Source of the DNA: Psychrobacter cryohalolentis K5
GTDB taxonomy: Bacteria > Pseudomonadota > Gammaproteobacteria > Pseudomonadales > Moraxellaceae
Direction: 5' to 3'
Length of the DNA: 32,000 nt
NCBI RefSeq assembly: GCF_000013905.1
Contig: NC_007969.1
Location: forward strand, 1,530,001-1,562,000
The position numbers were made by a program, and so were the translations under genes. The notes beneath the pieces were generated by a model. That model was given only the letters and a program-made list of their open reading frames with translations, was not told where the DNA came from and made no database searches. Position 1 is the first letter of the stretch. Every line of letters starts with the position of its first letter. Shown here in pieces: positions 16,309-24,421 of the stretch.

Positions 16309-17574
16309 TTATAAAAAAATCATTTTCGGTGGCTGATGCATTAAGAAGTTTTGGTGAGAGATATTCCAAGCATAAGCGCCTGCTAAGGTAAAAACTAGGT
16401 AATCGCCGATATGTAGCGCGTCAATCCATTGATCTTTTGCCAGTATGTCTTTGGGAGTACAAAGCTGACCGACAAGGGTTGCCTTAGTGCCAGTGATAGC
16501 GGCTTGCTCTATCAGATTTGCTTGCAACTTATTTTCCATTGCGTGGCTCATGCGGCGCGGCACGATGAAAAAAGGATGATTGTGCTGCTGCGCGGCGGGC
16601 GTTCTAAAGTGATGCGTGCCGCCATGACCAATCACAAAGGTCTCGCCAAGATTTTTTTTGATATCCAGTACCTCCATGACGTAATAACCACAGGGCGCAG
16701 TGATAAAACGTCCAATCTCAAACCTGACCGTAAACTGCAGATTTGCCGTTAAAATGCTGGCAAGCTGTTGACAGAATACTTCCCACTCAAAATGCTGCGG
16801 CTGCTGATCATAGTGAATACCAATGCCGCCACCCACATTGATGGTCAGGTTTGAGGGCAACGACGGATAATCGTGCTGCCACTTCTTGACCATCTCCATA
16901 TAGCGCTGCATTAATAGCAGATGGCGCTCGACGGATAATTGATGCGACATCAAGTGAAAATGAAACCCACAAAATTCAATAAATGGGCTTGAGTCGATGA
17001 TAGCTAGCGCTTGCTTGAGATGGGTTTCATCTAGCCCAAAGGGGGTAGGCTTGCCGCCCATGACCAGCTTACTGCTGCCGATATCACCAATATCAATATT
17101 CATCCGCAAAAATATACGGACGGGAAGCTGCAAGGCTTGGCTTAAGATCTGGATTCGAGTCAGCTCGACCAGACTCTCCACATGAATGGTATCGATTTGC
17201 TGGTGTATGGCTTGCTGTAAGTCTGAGGTCAGCTTGCCCGGTCCACCAAAAATAATAGGATGGTTTGGCTGGTGGGTTTGTAGCCAATTTAGCTCGCCTG
17301 CAGAAGCGGCCTCAAACCCATCTACATGCTCTGCCAAGGTTGATAGTATCTTAGGCTCAGCATTGGCCTTTATGGCATAAAACAGTTGCGTGTTATCAGG
17401 CAGGCAGCGCTTCATAGTTGTTATACGCTCTTCTAGAGCTTCTAAATCATAAATGTAAGCACAGAGCGGTGACGGCTGCGCACCATAATTATGGATACAG
17501 TCAATTATTTTTTGAGGAAGCGAATGCTTATCTGAGGTTTCGATTAAGTGTGTTGTTGTCGCGTTTGTCATCAT
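16309..17574 (-). CDS. pvsE: PLP-dependent decarboxylase (Orn/DAP/Arg decarboxylase family 2), PvsE-like
   Basis: PLP-lysine motif FYAIKAN and glycine loop NVGGGIGI. It is the last gene of the ATP-grasp/IucA/MFS/IucA/decarboxylase operon. The track start at 17583 is TTG. I prefer ATG at 17572-17574, 1 nt after the pvsD TAA (TAAAATG), with AAAGG upstream. Confidence 0.88.
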   Translation of the reverse strand: MMTNATTTHLIETSDKHSLPQKIIDCIHNYGAQPSPLCAYIYDLEALEERITTMKRCLPDNTQLFYAIKANAEPKILSTLAEHVDGFEAASAGELNWLQTHQPNHPIIFGGPGKLTSDLQQAIHQQIDTIHVESLVELTRIQILSQALQLPVRIFLRMNIDIGDIGSSKLVMGGKPTPFGLDETHLKQALAIIDSSPFIEFCGFHFHLMSHQLSVERHLLLMQRYMEMVKKWQHDYPSLPSNLTINVGGGIGIHYDQQPQHFEWEVFCQQLASILTANLQFTVRFEIGRFITAPCGYYVMEVLDIKKNLGETFVIGHGGTHHFRTPAAQQHNHPFFIVPRRMSHAMENKLQANLIEQAAITGTKATLVGQLCTPKDILAKDQWIDALHIGDYLVFTLAGAYAWNISHQNFLMHQPPKMIFL

Positions 17575-17575
17575 T

Positions 17576-19630
17576 TTAGGCAACCTTTAATTCAGATAAT
17601 TTATGAGTTTTTATATTAGATTTATTGTCTTTATTGGCGTTGAGCATAGAGGACTGCCATGGGCAAGGAAGCATCACATAGGCGGAATGTTTATCAGCAA
17701 GCGTGAGTAATCGAGTTTTATAATTGGTCTTGCTAGGTAAGCTACCGCCGTCTAACAAATCCTGAATTTCAGGCTGAGTACCATATACCAGCTGCCAGTT
17801 CATCAATATCTCTTTGACATGCTGCCAAAGTCGCGCCTCTAAAATCTCCGCTGATTGCGCACCTCGGCATAAATAAAAGATGGCTTCACTAAGATTGTTC
17901 ACAAAAACGCAATAGGCAATACGTGACCATCCTGCTGCTTTAGAGTAGCGGATGGATTGTTTACAGCGCTCGGATAAATCAGTCGCGTCAGTAAGTAACC
18001 ATAGGCTATCAACCAGCTTGGTGCCTTCAAGATCTCGAATCCAGACGCATGTCGGTAGCCCTTGATGAAAGCCAATTACCGTGTTTTGTAAATGCGGCTC
18101 GAACACAACACCATGGTTAAAGAAGTAATCAAACGTACCGTCAATTAAAATATTGGCATAACGGCTGAACCATAAGCAGGTTAGAGTGTCATAAGATGAA
18201 CGCTCATTATCACGTTGACCAGTGTGTACGCAATGTTTTTGTAGCTGGCGCTCGATGACGCTGTCTCTGAACCTATCCTCCGTAAATAAGGCCGCAGCAA
18301 CTTGTGGCTTAAGATATTTAATTTCATCCGTCGTAAATGACTCTCGAAATAACATGCCAAAGGACTCGGTAATAAACTGAGTCGAGCTGGAATCGTCATC
18401 GGGGAATTTGGCGCTCATATCAAGGGTGGCAGCCCCCGGCTCTAACATCAGCTTAAAAGCTGGCGCAGTCAGACGCTTGCTGTGATCAATTTTTTCTAAA
18501 ATAGCATTCAAATACACGGCACTGTGGAGCTCATACCAAGCGTTTTTGCGAATGCAATTGGTCAGACGAACATGGATAGAGCATTTGATAAAATGTGATA
18601 GCTGGTGATGATATAAGGTGCGCACTGATGAGGTTGAGGATACCGCCTTACCTATCAGACCAAGCGGTATCATATATCCTGATGTGACTGCTCGCTTGAT
18701 GATCGGATTTGCCAAGATGCCATCGGCTTCCCACGGATGACAAGGGTAGTAAACCCAATCGGTGTCGCTATCAGGATGTAAAGTATCAGTATCTGAATTA
18801 ATAGACTCTAGTAAGTCGCCAGCGCCAGCAAGTAACGTGCGAGCGATATTGCGCAGTACGGTTTGGGTGTCTTTGCCAATATAGCTGACGAGGGAGGAAT
18901 CAACCTTAAACCAAAACAGAGCAAACTGGCTTTGGGTTTCGGGCGAGTGCGCCAATAAAGACGTCATATCGACCCCTTGCCGGCTTTTCGGTGACGGATG
19001 ATACGCATGACCCCACAGCAATGCTTGCTCGCTATCTATATAGCCATTAACGGTAGATTTATCTTGCTGTAAATCGTGATGGTAGTTAGTAGCATGGTTG
19101 TTAAGGGCCTGCAAAAAAGCGGTTGTCACGCTGATGCTATTATCAATCTGGTATTTTAGCTCTTGGTTGATATCGATTTGATAACGCGTAGCAATATAAC
19201 TGTGCAGATAATCGACCAATTGATGAATGTTGAGGCACGCCCATGATTGACCGCGAGCTTTTAGCCAAGGCGCTCCGCTTGGCTGGCACTTGCCTAAGTG
19301 ACTAAAATACGCCACTGGCAATACGATTTTTGCAGAAGCGATCTCATTAGCGACAGGAAATCGAATCGTTAATAGGCGCGTGCTTAGGCAGGCGCGGTTA
19401 TCACGTAGACACAGTGGTAAATCGTCATCAGACTCATCAATGCTTAGGTCTTGATTGGGGATGGCAAACTCACGAAGATAACAATTGATGATATTTGTCA
19501 GTGCATGCTGCTCAGACTTATACTGATGGTACTGCGAAAGCAGGCTTGGCACTGGGGTATTTTCAACTGTTTTACTGGGTGGTAGAAAATTTGGCATCGT
19601 ATTGTTCGATAGTGAATAGTTTGGTTTCAT
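17576..19630 (-). CDS. pvsD: IucA/IucC-family NRPS-independent siderophore (NIS) synthetase, PvsD-like
   Basis: 684-aa ORF. It has a CHPWE motif in the N-terminal half and FEPHLQN plus RDLEG in the catalytic core, which is typical of IucA/IucC enzymes. A FhuF-like C-terminal region is present. Confidence 0.85.
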   Translation of the reverse strand: MKPNYSLSNNTMPNFLPPSKTVENTPVPSLLSQYHQYKSEQHALTNIINCYLREFAIPNQDLSIDESDDDLPLCLRDNRACLSTRLLTIRFPVANEIASAKIVLPVAYFSHLGKCQPSGAPWLKARGQSWACLNIHQLVDYLHSYIATRYQIDINQELKYQIDNSISVTTAFLQALNNHATNYHHDLQQDKSTVNGYIDSEQALLWGHAYHPSPKSRQGVDMTSLLAHSPETQSQFALFWFKVDSSLVSYIGKDTQTVLRNIARTLLAGAGDLLESINSDTDTLHPDSDTDWVYYPCHPWEADGILANPIIKRAVTSGYMIPLGLIGKAVSSTSSVRTLYHHQLSHFIKCSIHVRLTNCIRKNAWYELHSAVYLNAILEKIDHSKRLTAPAFKLMLEPGAATLDMSAKFPDDDSSSTQFITESFGMLFRESFTTDEIKYLKPQVAAALFTEDRFRDSVIERQLQKHCVHTGQRDNERSSYDTLTCLWFSRYANILIDGTFDYFFNHGVVFEPHLQNTVIGFHQGLPTCVWIRDLEGTKLVDSLWLLTDATDLSERCKQSIRYSKAAGWSRIAYCVFVNNLSEAIFYLCRGAQSAEILEARLWQHVKEILMNWQLVYGTQPEIQDLLDGGSLPSKTNYKTRLLTLADKHSAYVMLPCPWQSSMLNANKDNKSNIKTHKLSELKVA

Positions 19631-19682
19631 AAGTGAAGTCTTTTTTAGATGCTTTTAGAGTGATTGTTGTCTGTAGTGCTCT

Positions 19683-20996
19683 TTACACAATCTTGCGCTG
19701 TTTTGCTTGATACATTTTGATGGTTATTATCGCGATAACTGCCATCATTGCTGAGAGAACAAACGGAGAGAGCAAACCAAACATCGGTACAAATAAAGTG
19801 ACCGACAATCCTGCTAGCACGCCGCCCCATTTTGCTAGCGCATCATAGCGAGAGAATATTTTGCCGCTATGCTTAGACTGATTGGTATCCGCCATTTGCG
19901 CATGCAGGCTTTGATAACACATAAACATACCAACGCCAAATAACATCCTAGCCAACCAAATCAGGGGAAGATAATCCGTCAAATGCAGCAAAACCGCACT
20001 TGCTAATACCGTAAAGCCAAGGCTTAAGGACATTGCTGGCAGGCGTTGGCTGATACGTCCATAGAGCAGCTGACAGATCAGATACATGACATGAGGCATG
20101 GCATATAACTGTCCTATTTGAGAGGTGCTCAGCTCAAAAGTTTTGGCAAATGGCAAAAAATAGGGGAAAGTCGCTACCATACAAAAGGCCAAGAAAAACT
20201 GCAGCACCGATATAAACAGATAAGGATTGGCGAAAAAAGCTGTGCCCGTTATTGCTTGCACTGAGTGCTGAGTCTTCTTTTTATCGCTTTTAGCTTTGTT
20301 ACTGTTACTGTTACTGTTACTGTTACTGTTACTGTTACTGTTGTTGGTTTTGGTTTTGGTTTTGGTTTTGGTTTTGGTTTTTGTAGATGCTTTTGGCAAT
20401 TCGGTAGTATTTGCGGTTGTGCCGATATTGCCTGCTTTGATAATGTCTTTCTTTAACAAAAAGCTGAGTAGTAATGCTAAGAGCGGCAGGATGGCAAGCA
20501 CGCGATACAAACTTAACACCTCGTAATGGTGTACCAAAAAACCCAGCCCAATCGGGGCCGTAATCAGGGCAAGTCGTGCTGAGAATTGAGTGAAATTTAA
20601 CACCTGTTTTAAGGCGTTTTTATCAGTGATACTGGTGGCTAAATAGGCGTTTGAGGCAGCCATTGTCCCACCAAAAAGCCCCTGAACGCTCAGCCCTATG
20701 ACGAGCTGCCATAAAGACTGAGAAAATCCGCATATTAAAAACCCCACTGCCAACCCCAACTCCGCTCGCAACAAGGATGTTTTGCGACCATATGTATCGG
20801 CAAAACGTCCCCAGTATCTGGCAGCGATGGCAGTCATGAGAGTCGGTAATATAAACAGCAAACCAACCCAGCCTGATTGCAATGGCGCATTTAGCTCTTG
20901 GAGCATGATTGGTAAAAACAAAGGCATACCTAACGCAGAAAACGCGGACAGGTAGTGACAACATAAGACGATTGCCACCATAATTCGATAGCTCAT
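19683..20996 (-). CDS. pvsC: MFS transporter (siderophore exporter), PvsC-like, with a low-complexity central loop
   Basis: 437-aa ORF with 6+6 hydrophobic segments separated by a K/T/N/S-rich loop. Its ATG overlaps the pvsB TAA by one base (TAATG). It lies between the two IucA/IucC genes, as in pvsABCDE. Confidence 0.85.
   Translation of the reverse strand: MSYRIMVAIVLCCHYLSAFSALGMPLFLPIMLQELNAPLQSGWVGLLFILPTLMTAIAARYWGRFADTYGRKTSLLRAELGLAVGFLICGFSQSLWQLVIGLSVQGLFGGTMAASNAYLATSITDKNALKQVLNFTQFSARLALITAPIGLGFLVHHYEVLSLYRVLAILPLLALLLSFLLKKDIIKAGNIGTTANTTELPKASTKTKTKTKTKTKTNNSNSNSNSNSNSNSNKAKSDKKKTQHSVQAITGTAFFANPYLFISVLQFFLAFCMVATFPYFLPFAKTFELSTSQIGQLYAMPHVMYLICQLLYGRISQRLPAMSLSLGFTVLASAVLLHLTDYLPLIWLARMLFGVGMFMCYQSLHAQMADTNQSKHSGKIFSRYDALAKWGGVLAGLSVTLFVPMFGLLSPFVLSAMMAVIAIITIKMYQAKQRKIV
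20298..20381. repeat. Two abutting perfect hexanucleotide microsatellites inside pvsC: (GTTACT)x7 and (GGTTTT)x6
   Basis: Counted directly: GTTACT x7 at 20298-20339, GTTGTT at 20340-20345, GGTTTT x6 at 20346-20381. On the coding (minus) strand they encode (TK)6-T-N-(NS)7-N. Confidence 0.97.
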
Positions 20997-22804
20997 TAGG
21001 AGTCCTGCTTGTGTTGCTGCATAAGTTTTAAGGTGTTGGGTGCTGATTTGCCATAGAACTTATTGATATCGCTCGCGCCAGACTGCTCTTTTGACAACAG
21101 ACTACCAGCAGACAATAAGTATTTGATATACCAGTGCTGGCTCTCTAATAAGACTTGCTTGGCAAGATGGATGTCGTAACCTTGTTTAGAGAGGCTGTGT
21201 AAGGTCGTATCAATACAGTCTATTAAGGTTTGATAGGCGTCATGACGGTTGATGATGTTATAGGCGCTCATCATCTCAATAATGGCAACGATGTCTAGCT
21301 GGAGCGTGATGGTCAAAAACATCTGCGCTAATGCCAACTCATCTTCAACGACGATACGTTGGTCTTTAATATCCTTGATGTCATTAATAGCACTGCTCTT
21401 TATCACATCGCCTAAACCAACTTGTGCCATGCTAGCGTTAAATCGTGGTGGATAAAGGCGTGCAGAATCATTGTCTTTCATGAGCAAGGTCATCGTGCGG
21501 CTATGGTGATAAAAGACAATGACGGCATTTTGCTGATTGGCTTCTAGCGCAATGCCATATTTGATCCATAAAGTTAAATGAACATGGCATAACAAATGGA
21601 TGTATTCTTTTAACCAAAGCTTACTATCACCGTCATAAAACTGTGCAATTAAGTGACTGATAAAGGGGCGACCATCAGGCATGACGCTGCCAAATGCTGC
21701 CACTGGGACAGGGGTTTTGTCCGTTAAATTGATATCGTCATAGTGCCTGACTATAAAGGCAAAAGTTTTATCATCGCCCATATGACCACCTAGGCTTTCA
21801 TCGCAATGGGCGTAACACTCTTGCAGCGCGGCATCATTTTTTTCAATAAACTGTAAGGTGCGCTGAAACCAGTGACCATCATAAATGGTTGAGGGCTTAA
21901 TTAAGCGCACGTTTTTATTGCCCAAGGTGCGGACGATGAGCGGTACTTTGATATGAATATTTGGGTCAGCACAGCACACTACTGTGCGCACAGATAAGGT
22001 TGGTTGTACGCTTAGCGCAGATTTGGGTGCCAATATAATTTGCAGCGAAGTATCCTTGAGAACATGCTGGTGCAGCAGCGGCAAGGTTAACGGATGTATG
22101 GGAAACAGATGGTGCGTCTGTTGGAGGTCCGGACTGAGACCGACGTCTGTAAAGCTTGGCCAAACATCAGGTAGCTTCGCGCTGACGGTGCTTATTGCTT
22201 TAGAGATAGCAACCCAATATAGACTAAAGGTTGGCGCAAACTCTGGACTATAGGCTGCGATATCAGACGCGTCCAGACCAAGCTTGGCTCGAGCAGTCGG
22301 ATAGTAAGGGTGATCCAAATACGAGGCGACTTGATCGGCGTATAGCAAACGCTCAGACCAGCTTGGGTATCCATTAATATTGCGCTTAAGATGGCAGCGT
22401 TGAGACTCAAACCCTTGGCGCGCTAACGCTCGGTGTTCGGTGGCACAATCAAGCTCAAGCAGATAGCTGTCGAGCGCAGTCTCACAGGCATCTGGCAACT
22501 GTTTGAGAATGGCGACAAAATCCTGATAGTCATGCTTGATGAGGTAACCGTCTGAGTTTTTTTGAAGCCACATTGGGCTGGCAAGTTGCCAATATTGCAT
22601 ATAGTCACTGGCTACAATCGGCAACCAGTTGGTTTGATTGGACGAGGTTATCTTTAGCCACAATTTTTGTTGTTTTAATACCTCTGGCAGATCAGGAATA
22701 TCAAATTCTGTTTCGATAATCGAATTATTTGACAGCAACCCATAGATATTTTCACGGATACAAGTGTTGATAAAGCGCTTAGTAATATATTGTTTATCCA
22801 TCAT
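20996..22804 (-). CDS. pvsB: IucA/IucC-family NIS synthetase, PvsB-like
   Basis: 602-aa ORF. The motifs PIHPLT, LEANQQN and KDNDS are the counterparts of the HPW / HLQN / RDLEG motifs in the paralogue at 17576-19630. Confidence 0.85.
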   Translation of the reverse strand: MMDKQYITKRFINTCIRENIYGLLSNNSIIETEFDIPDLPEVLKQQKLWLKITSSNQTNWLPIVASDYMQYWQLASPMWLQKNSDGYLIKHDYQDFVAILKQLPDACETALDSYLLELDCATEHRALARQGFESQRCHLKRNINGYPSWSERLLYADQVASYLDHPYYPTARAKLGLDASDIAAYSPEFAPTFSLYWVAISKAISTVSAKLPDVWPSFTDVGLSPDLQQTHHLFPIHPLTLPLLHQHVLKDTSLQIILAPKSALSVQPTLSVRTVVCCADPNIHIKVPLIVRTLGNKNVRLIKPSTIYDGHWFQRTLQFIEKNDAALQECYAHCDESLGGHMGDDKTFAFIVRHYDDINLTDKTPVPVAAFGSVMPDGRPFISHLIAQFYDGDSKLWLKEYIHLLCHVHLTLWIKYGIALEANQQNAVIVFYHHSRTMTLLMKDNDSARLYPPRFNASMAQVGLGDVIKSSAINDIKDIKDQRIVVEDELALAQMFLTITLQLDIVAIIEMMSAYNIINRHDAYQTLIDCIDTTLHSLSKQGYDIHLAKQVLLESQHWYIKYLLSAGSLLSKEQSGASDINKFYGKSAPNTLKLMQQHKQDS

Positions 22805-22856
22805 AAACTCTCAAAATATAACAATTAAAATGTGTAAAAAAGTAGGTAACAACGTC

Positions 22857-24092
22857 CTAGGATTCAAACTGCCATTGCAAATTTGCTATGGCATCGTTTA
22901 GTACGTCATTCATAGTGTTCGCGCAATCGGAATAAGCCAGTAGTCGGCTCAGATAGTCTTTATTAGAGTGGGTAATATGAATGGTTTGATGTTGTTTTTT
23001 TAGGGGCTGATGGATAATGGTCGTCTGCTGCATTTGCTTATTAAATGGGCTAGGTGCTATGCAAATGGTGCCAGATTGAGGTGCAACAATGTAATGAATG
23101 CGTGCATGCGTACTGATGGCGAGCTGTCCGAACTCGGCCTCTAATTCAGCAATGCTGACCCCTTGATGCAATCTAACAATGGTATCAAACCAAGGGTAGT
23201 GCGCCATATCATGTAATAGAAACTCTCTACCATCGCCGATGCTGCGATAGTTGATTTCAACCAAATGCACCTCGCCCGTTGGGGTAATAATAAACTCACT
23301 GTGACAGACGCCAAGTCCCACACCGATATCTTGTAGAATCGCCAAACAACGCTCACGGTACTGTACACATAAAGGCGTATTCCAAACTGCATCAAGCTCT
23401 ACAAAATGTGGCGGTTCGGTCAATGTCACCTCAAAGCCGCCTACCGCCACCAAACGCTCACCATCTCCGAGTGTCTCTAACGTAATTAAGCGCCCAGCCA
23501 CATAGGACTCAACCAAAATAGGCAGGGTTTTTGACTGCCAAAAACTTTGGCAATAGCTTAGCAGCTCGTTTTTATTCATACAAAGCTGAACGTCCATGCT
23601 AGCGACGCCTTGCTTGGGTTTAGCGACCAGAGGAAAGCTGATGCTGAGATTCTCAAGGTGTAAATCTTTGGCGGTTAGCAGCTGATAGCCGGCTTGATAT
23701 AAGTGAGCAGAATGCAGCTGTGTTCTCATTAAGTACTTGTCTTTAAAGACCAAGCAGTGACGCCAGTCTTTACTAGGCAAATGGAAAAATTCAGCGACCA
23801 CAGCGGTTGCGGCTTGTAGATGGTCGCTATTACTAAAGACGAGATTGGGCAGGATATGATAATTATTTAAGGTATCAATGATCGCTAGAGGGTTAAATAC
23901 ATCGCATTCAAGGATGCTGATTTGCGCCCCTAAAGGCGTCGCTATTAACGCATCCATGTGTGCCTCTTTATCATCGGTTATGATAATCAATTGACTGTCA
24001 GGTACGTGCCTCGATTTCAATAAGGCGGGGATAAAACCTTCAATAACTGCATCGTTGACCACATGAGTGATGAGAACCGTAGAATAAGTCAT
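22857..24092 (-). CDS. pvsA: ATP-grasp ligase, PvsA-like
   Basis: 411-aa ORF with ATP-grasp hallmarks LVAKPKQGVASMDV and HSEFIITPTGEVHLVEINYRSIG. It is the first gene of the operon, with AGGAA RBS and a Fur box upstream. Confidence 0.82.
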   Translation of the reverse strand: MTYSTVLITHVVNDAVIEGFIPALLKSRHVPDSQLIIITDDKEAHMDALIATPLGAQISILECDVFNPLAIIDTLNNYHILPNLVFSNSDHLQAATAVVAEFFHLPSKDWRHCLVFKDKYLMRTQLHSAHLYQAGYQLLTAKDLHLENLSISFPLVAKPKQGVASMDVQLCMNKNELLSYCQSFWQSKTLPILVESYVAGRLITLETLGDGERLVAVGGFEVTLTEPPHFVELDAVWNTPLCVQYRERCLAILQDIGVGLGVCHSEFIITPTGEVHLVEINYRSIGDGREFLLHDMAHYPWFDTIVRLHQGVSIAELEAEFGQLAISTHARIHYIVAPQSGTICIAPSPFNKQMQQTTIIHQPLKKQHQTIHITHSNKDYLSRLLAYSDCANTMNDVLNDAIANLQWQFES

Positions 24093-24153
24093 AGAGTTTT
24101 CCTTTCATAATTAGCTATAAATAAAAACAAGCAGCACAATCTTTTATTGAACG

Positions 24154-24184
24154 CAATGATAATGATAATGATAATCATTTACAA
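24154..24184 (-). promoter_or_regulatory. Fur box overlapping a candidate sigma70 promoter of pvsA
   Basis: GATAATGATAATCATTTAC (24164-24182) matches the 19-bp Fur consensus GATAATGATAATCATTATC at 17/19 by my count, with an extra TGATAAT hexamer repeat on its left (24157-24163). On the minus strand, TTGTAA (24179-24184)-N17-TATCAT (24156-24161) is buried in the box. Confidence 0.8.
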
Positions 24185-24344
24185 GTGAAACATGAAAATA
24201 TTACGCAATTAATGGTAAAAATCTAGCAATTTTTTTGAAGAGGGGATTGATGACGGGCAGCTCAGCCATTTTCCATTACTCACATAGAGAGTAGCTGTGT
24301 TTTGTAATATCGTTGGTAAGAACGCTAAGCAGTTATCAATGTTT

Positions 24345-24382
24345 TTTTGAAATAAAAGCAAATCGGAAGTAGATTTGCTTTT
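24345..24382 (-). terminator. Rho-independent terminator after the first TonB-dependent receptor gene
   Basis: AAAAGCAAATC (24354-24364) and GATTTGCTTTT (24372-24382) form a perfect 11-bp stem with a 7-nt loop. The minus-strand 3' side reads GATTTGCTTTTATTTC. It begins 40 nt beyond the receptor stop codon. Confidence 0.75.
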
Positions 24383-24421
24383 ATCGTTGCGAGGTCTCTC
24401 AGGATTAGGGTTTATTAACTC

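Noticed and set aside
20265-20526. Plus-strand ORFs encoding poly-Leu and (VT)n/(GF)n peptides.
   Set aside because: They are antisense translations of the microsatellites inside the MFS gene. The minus-strand frame gives a coherent 12-TM transporter.
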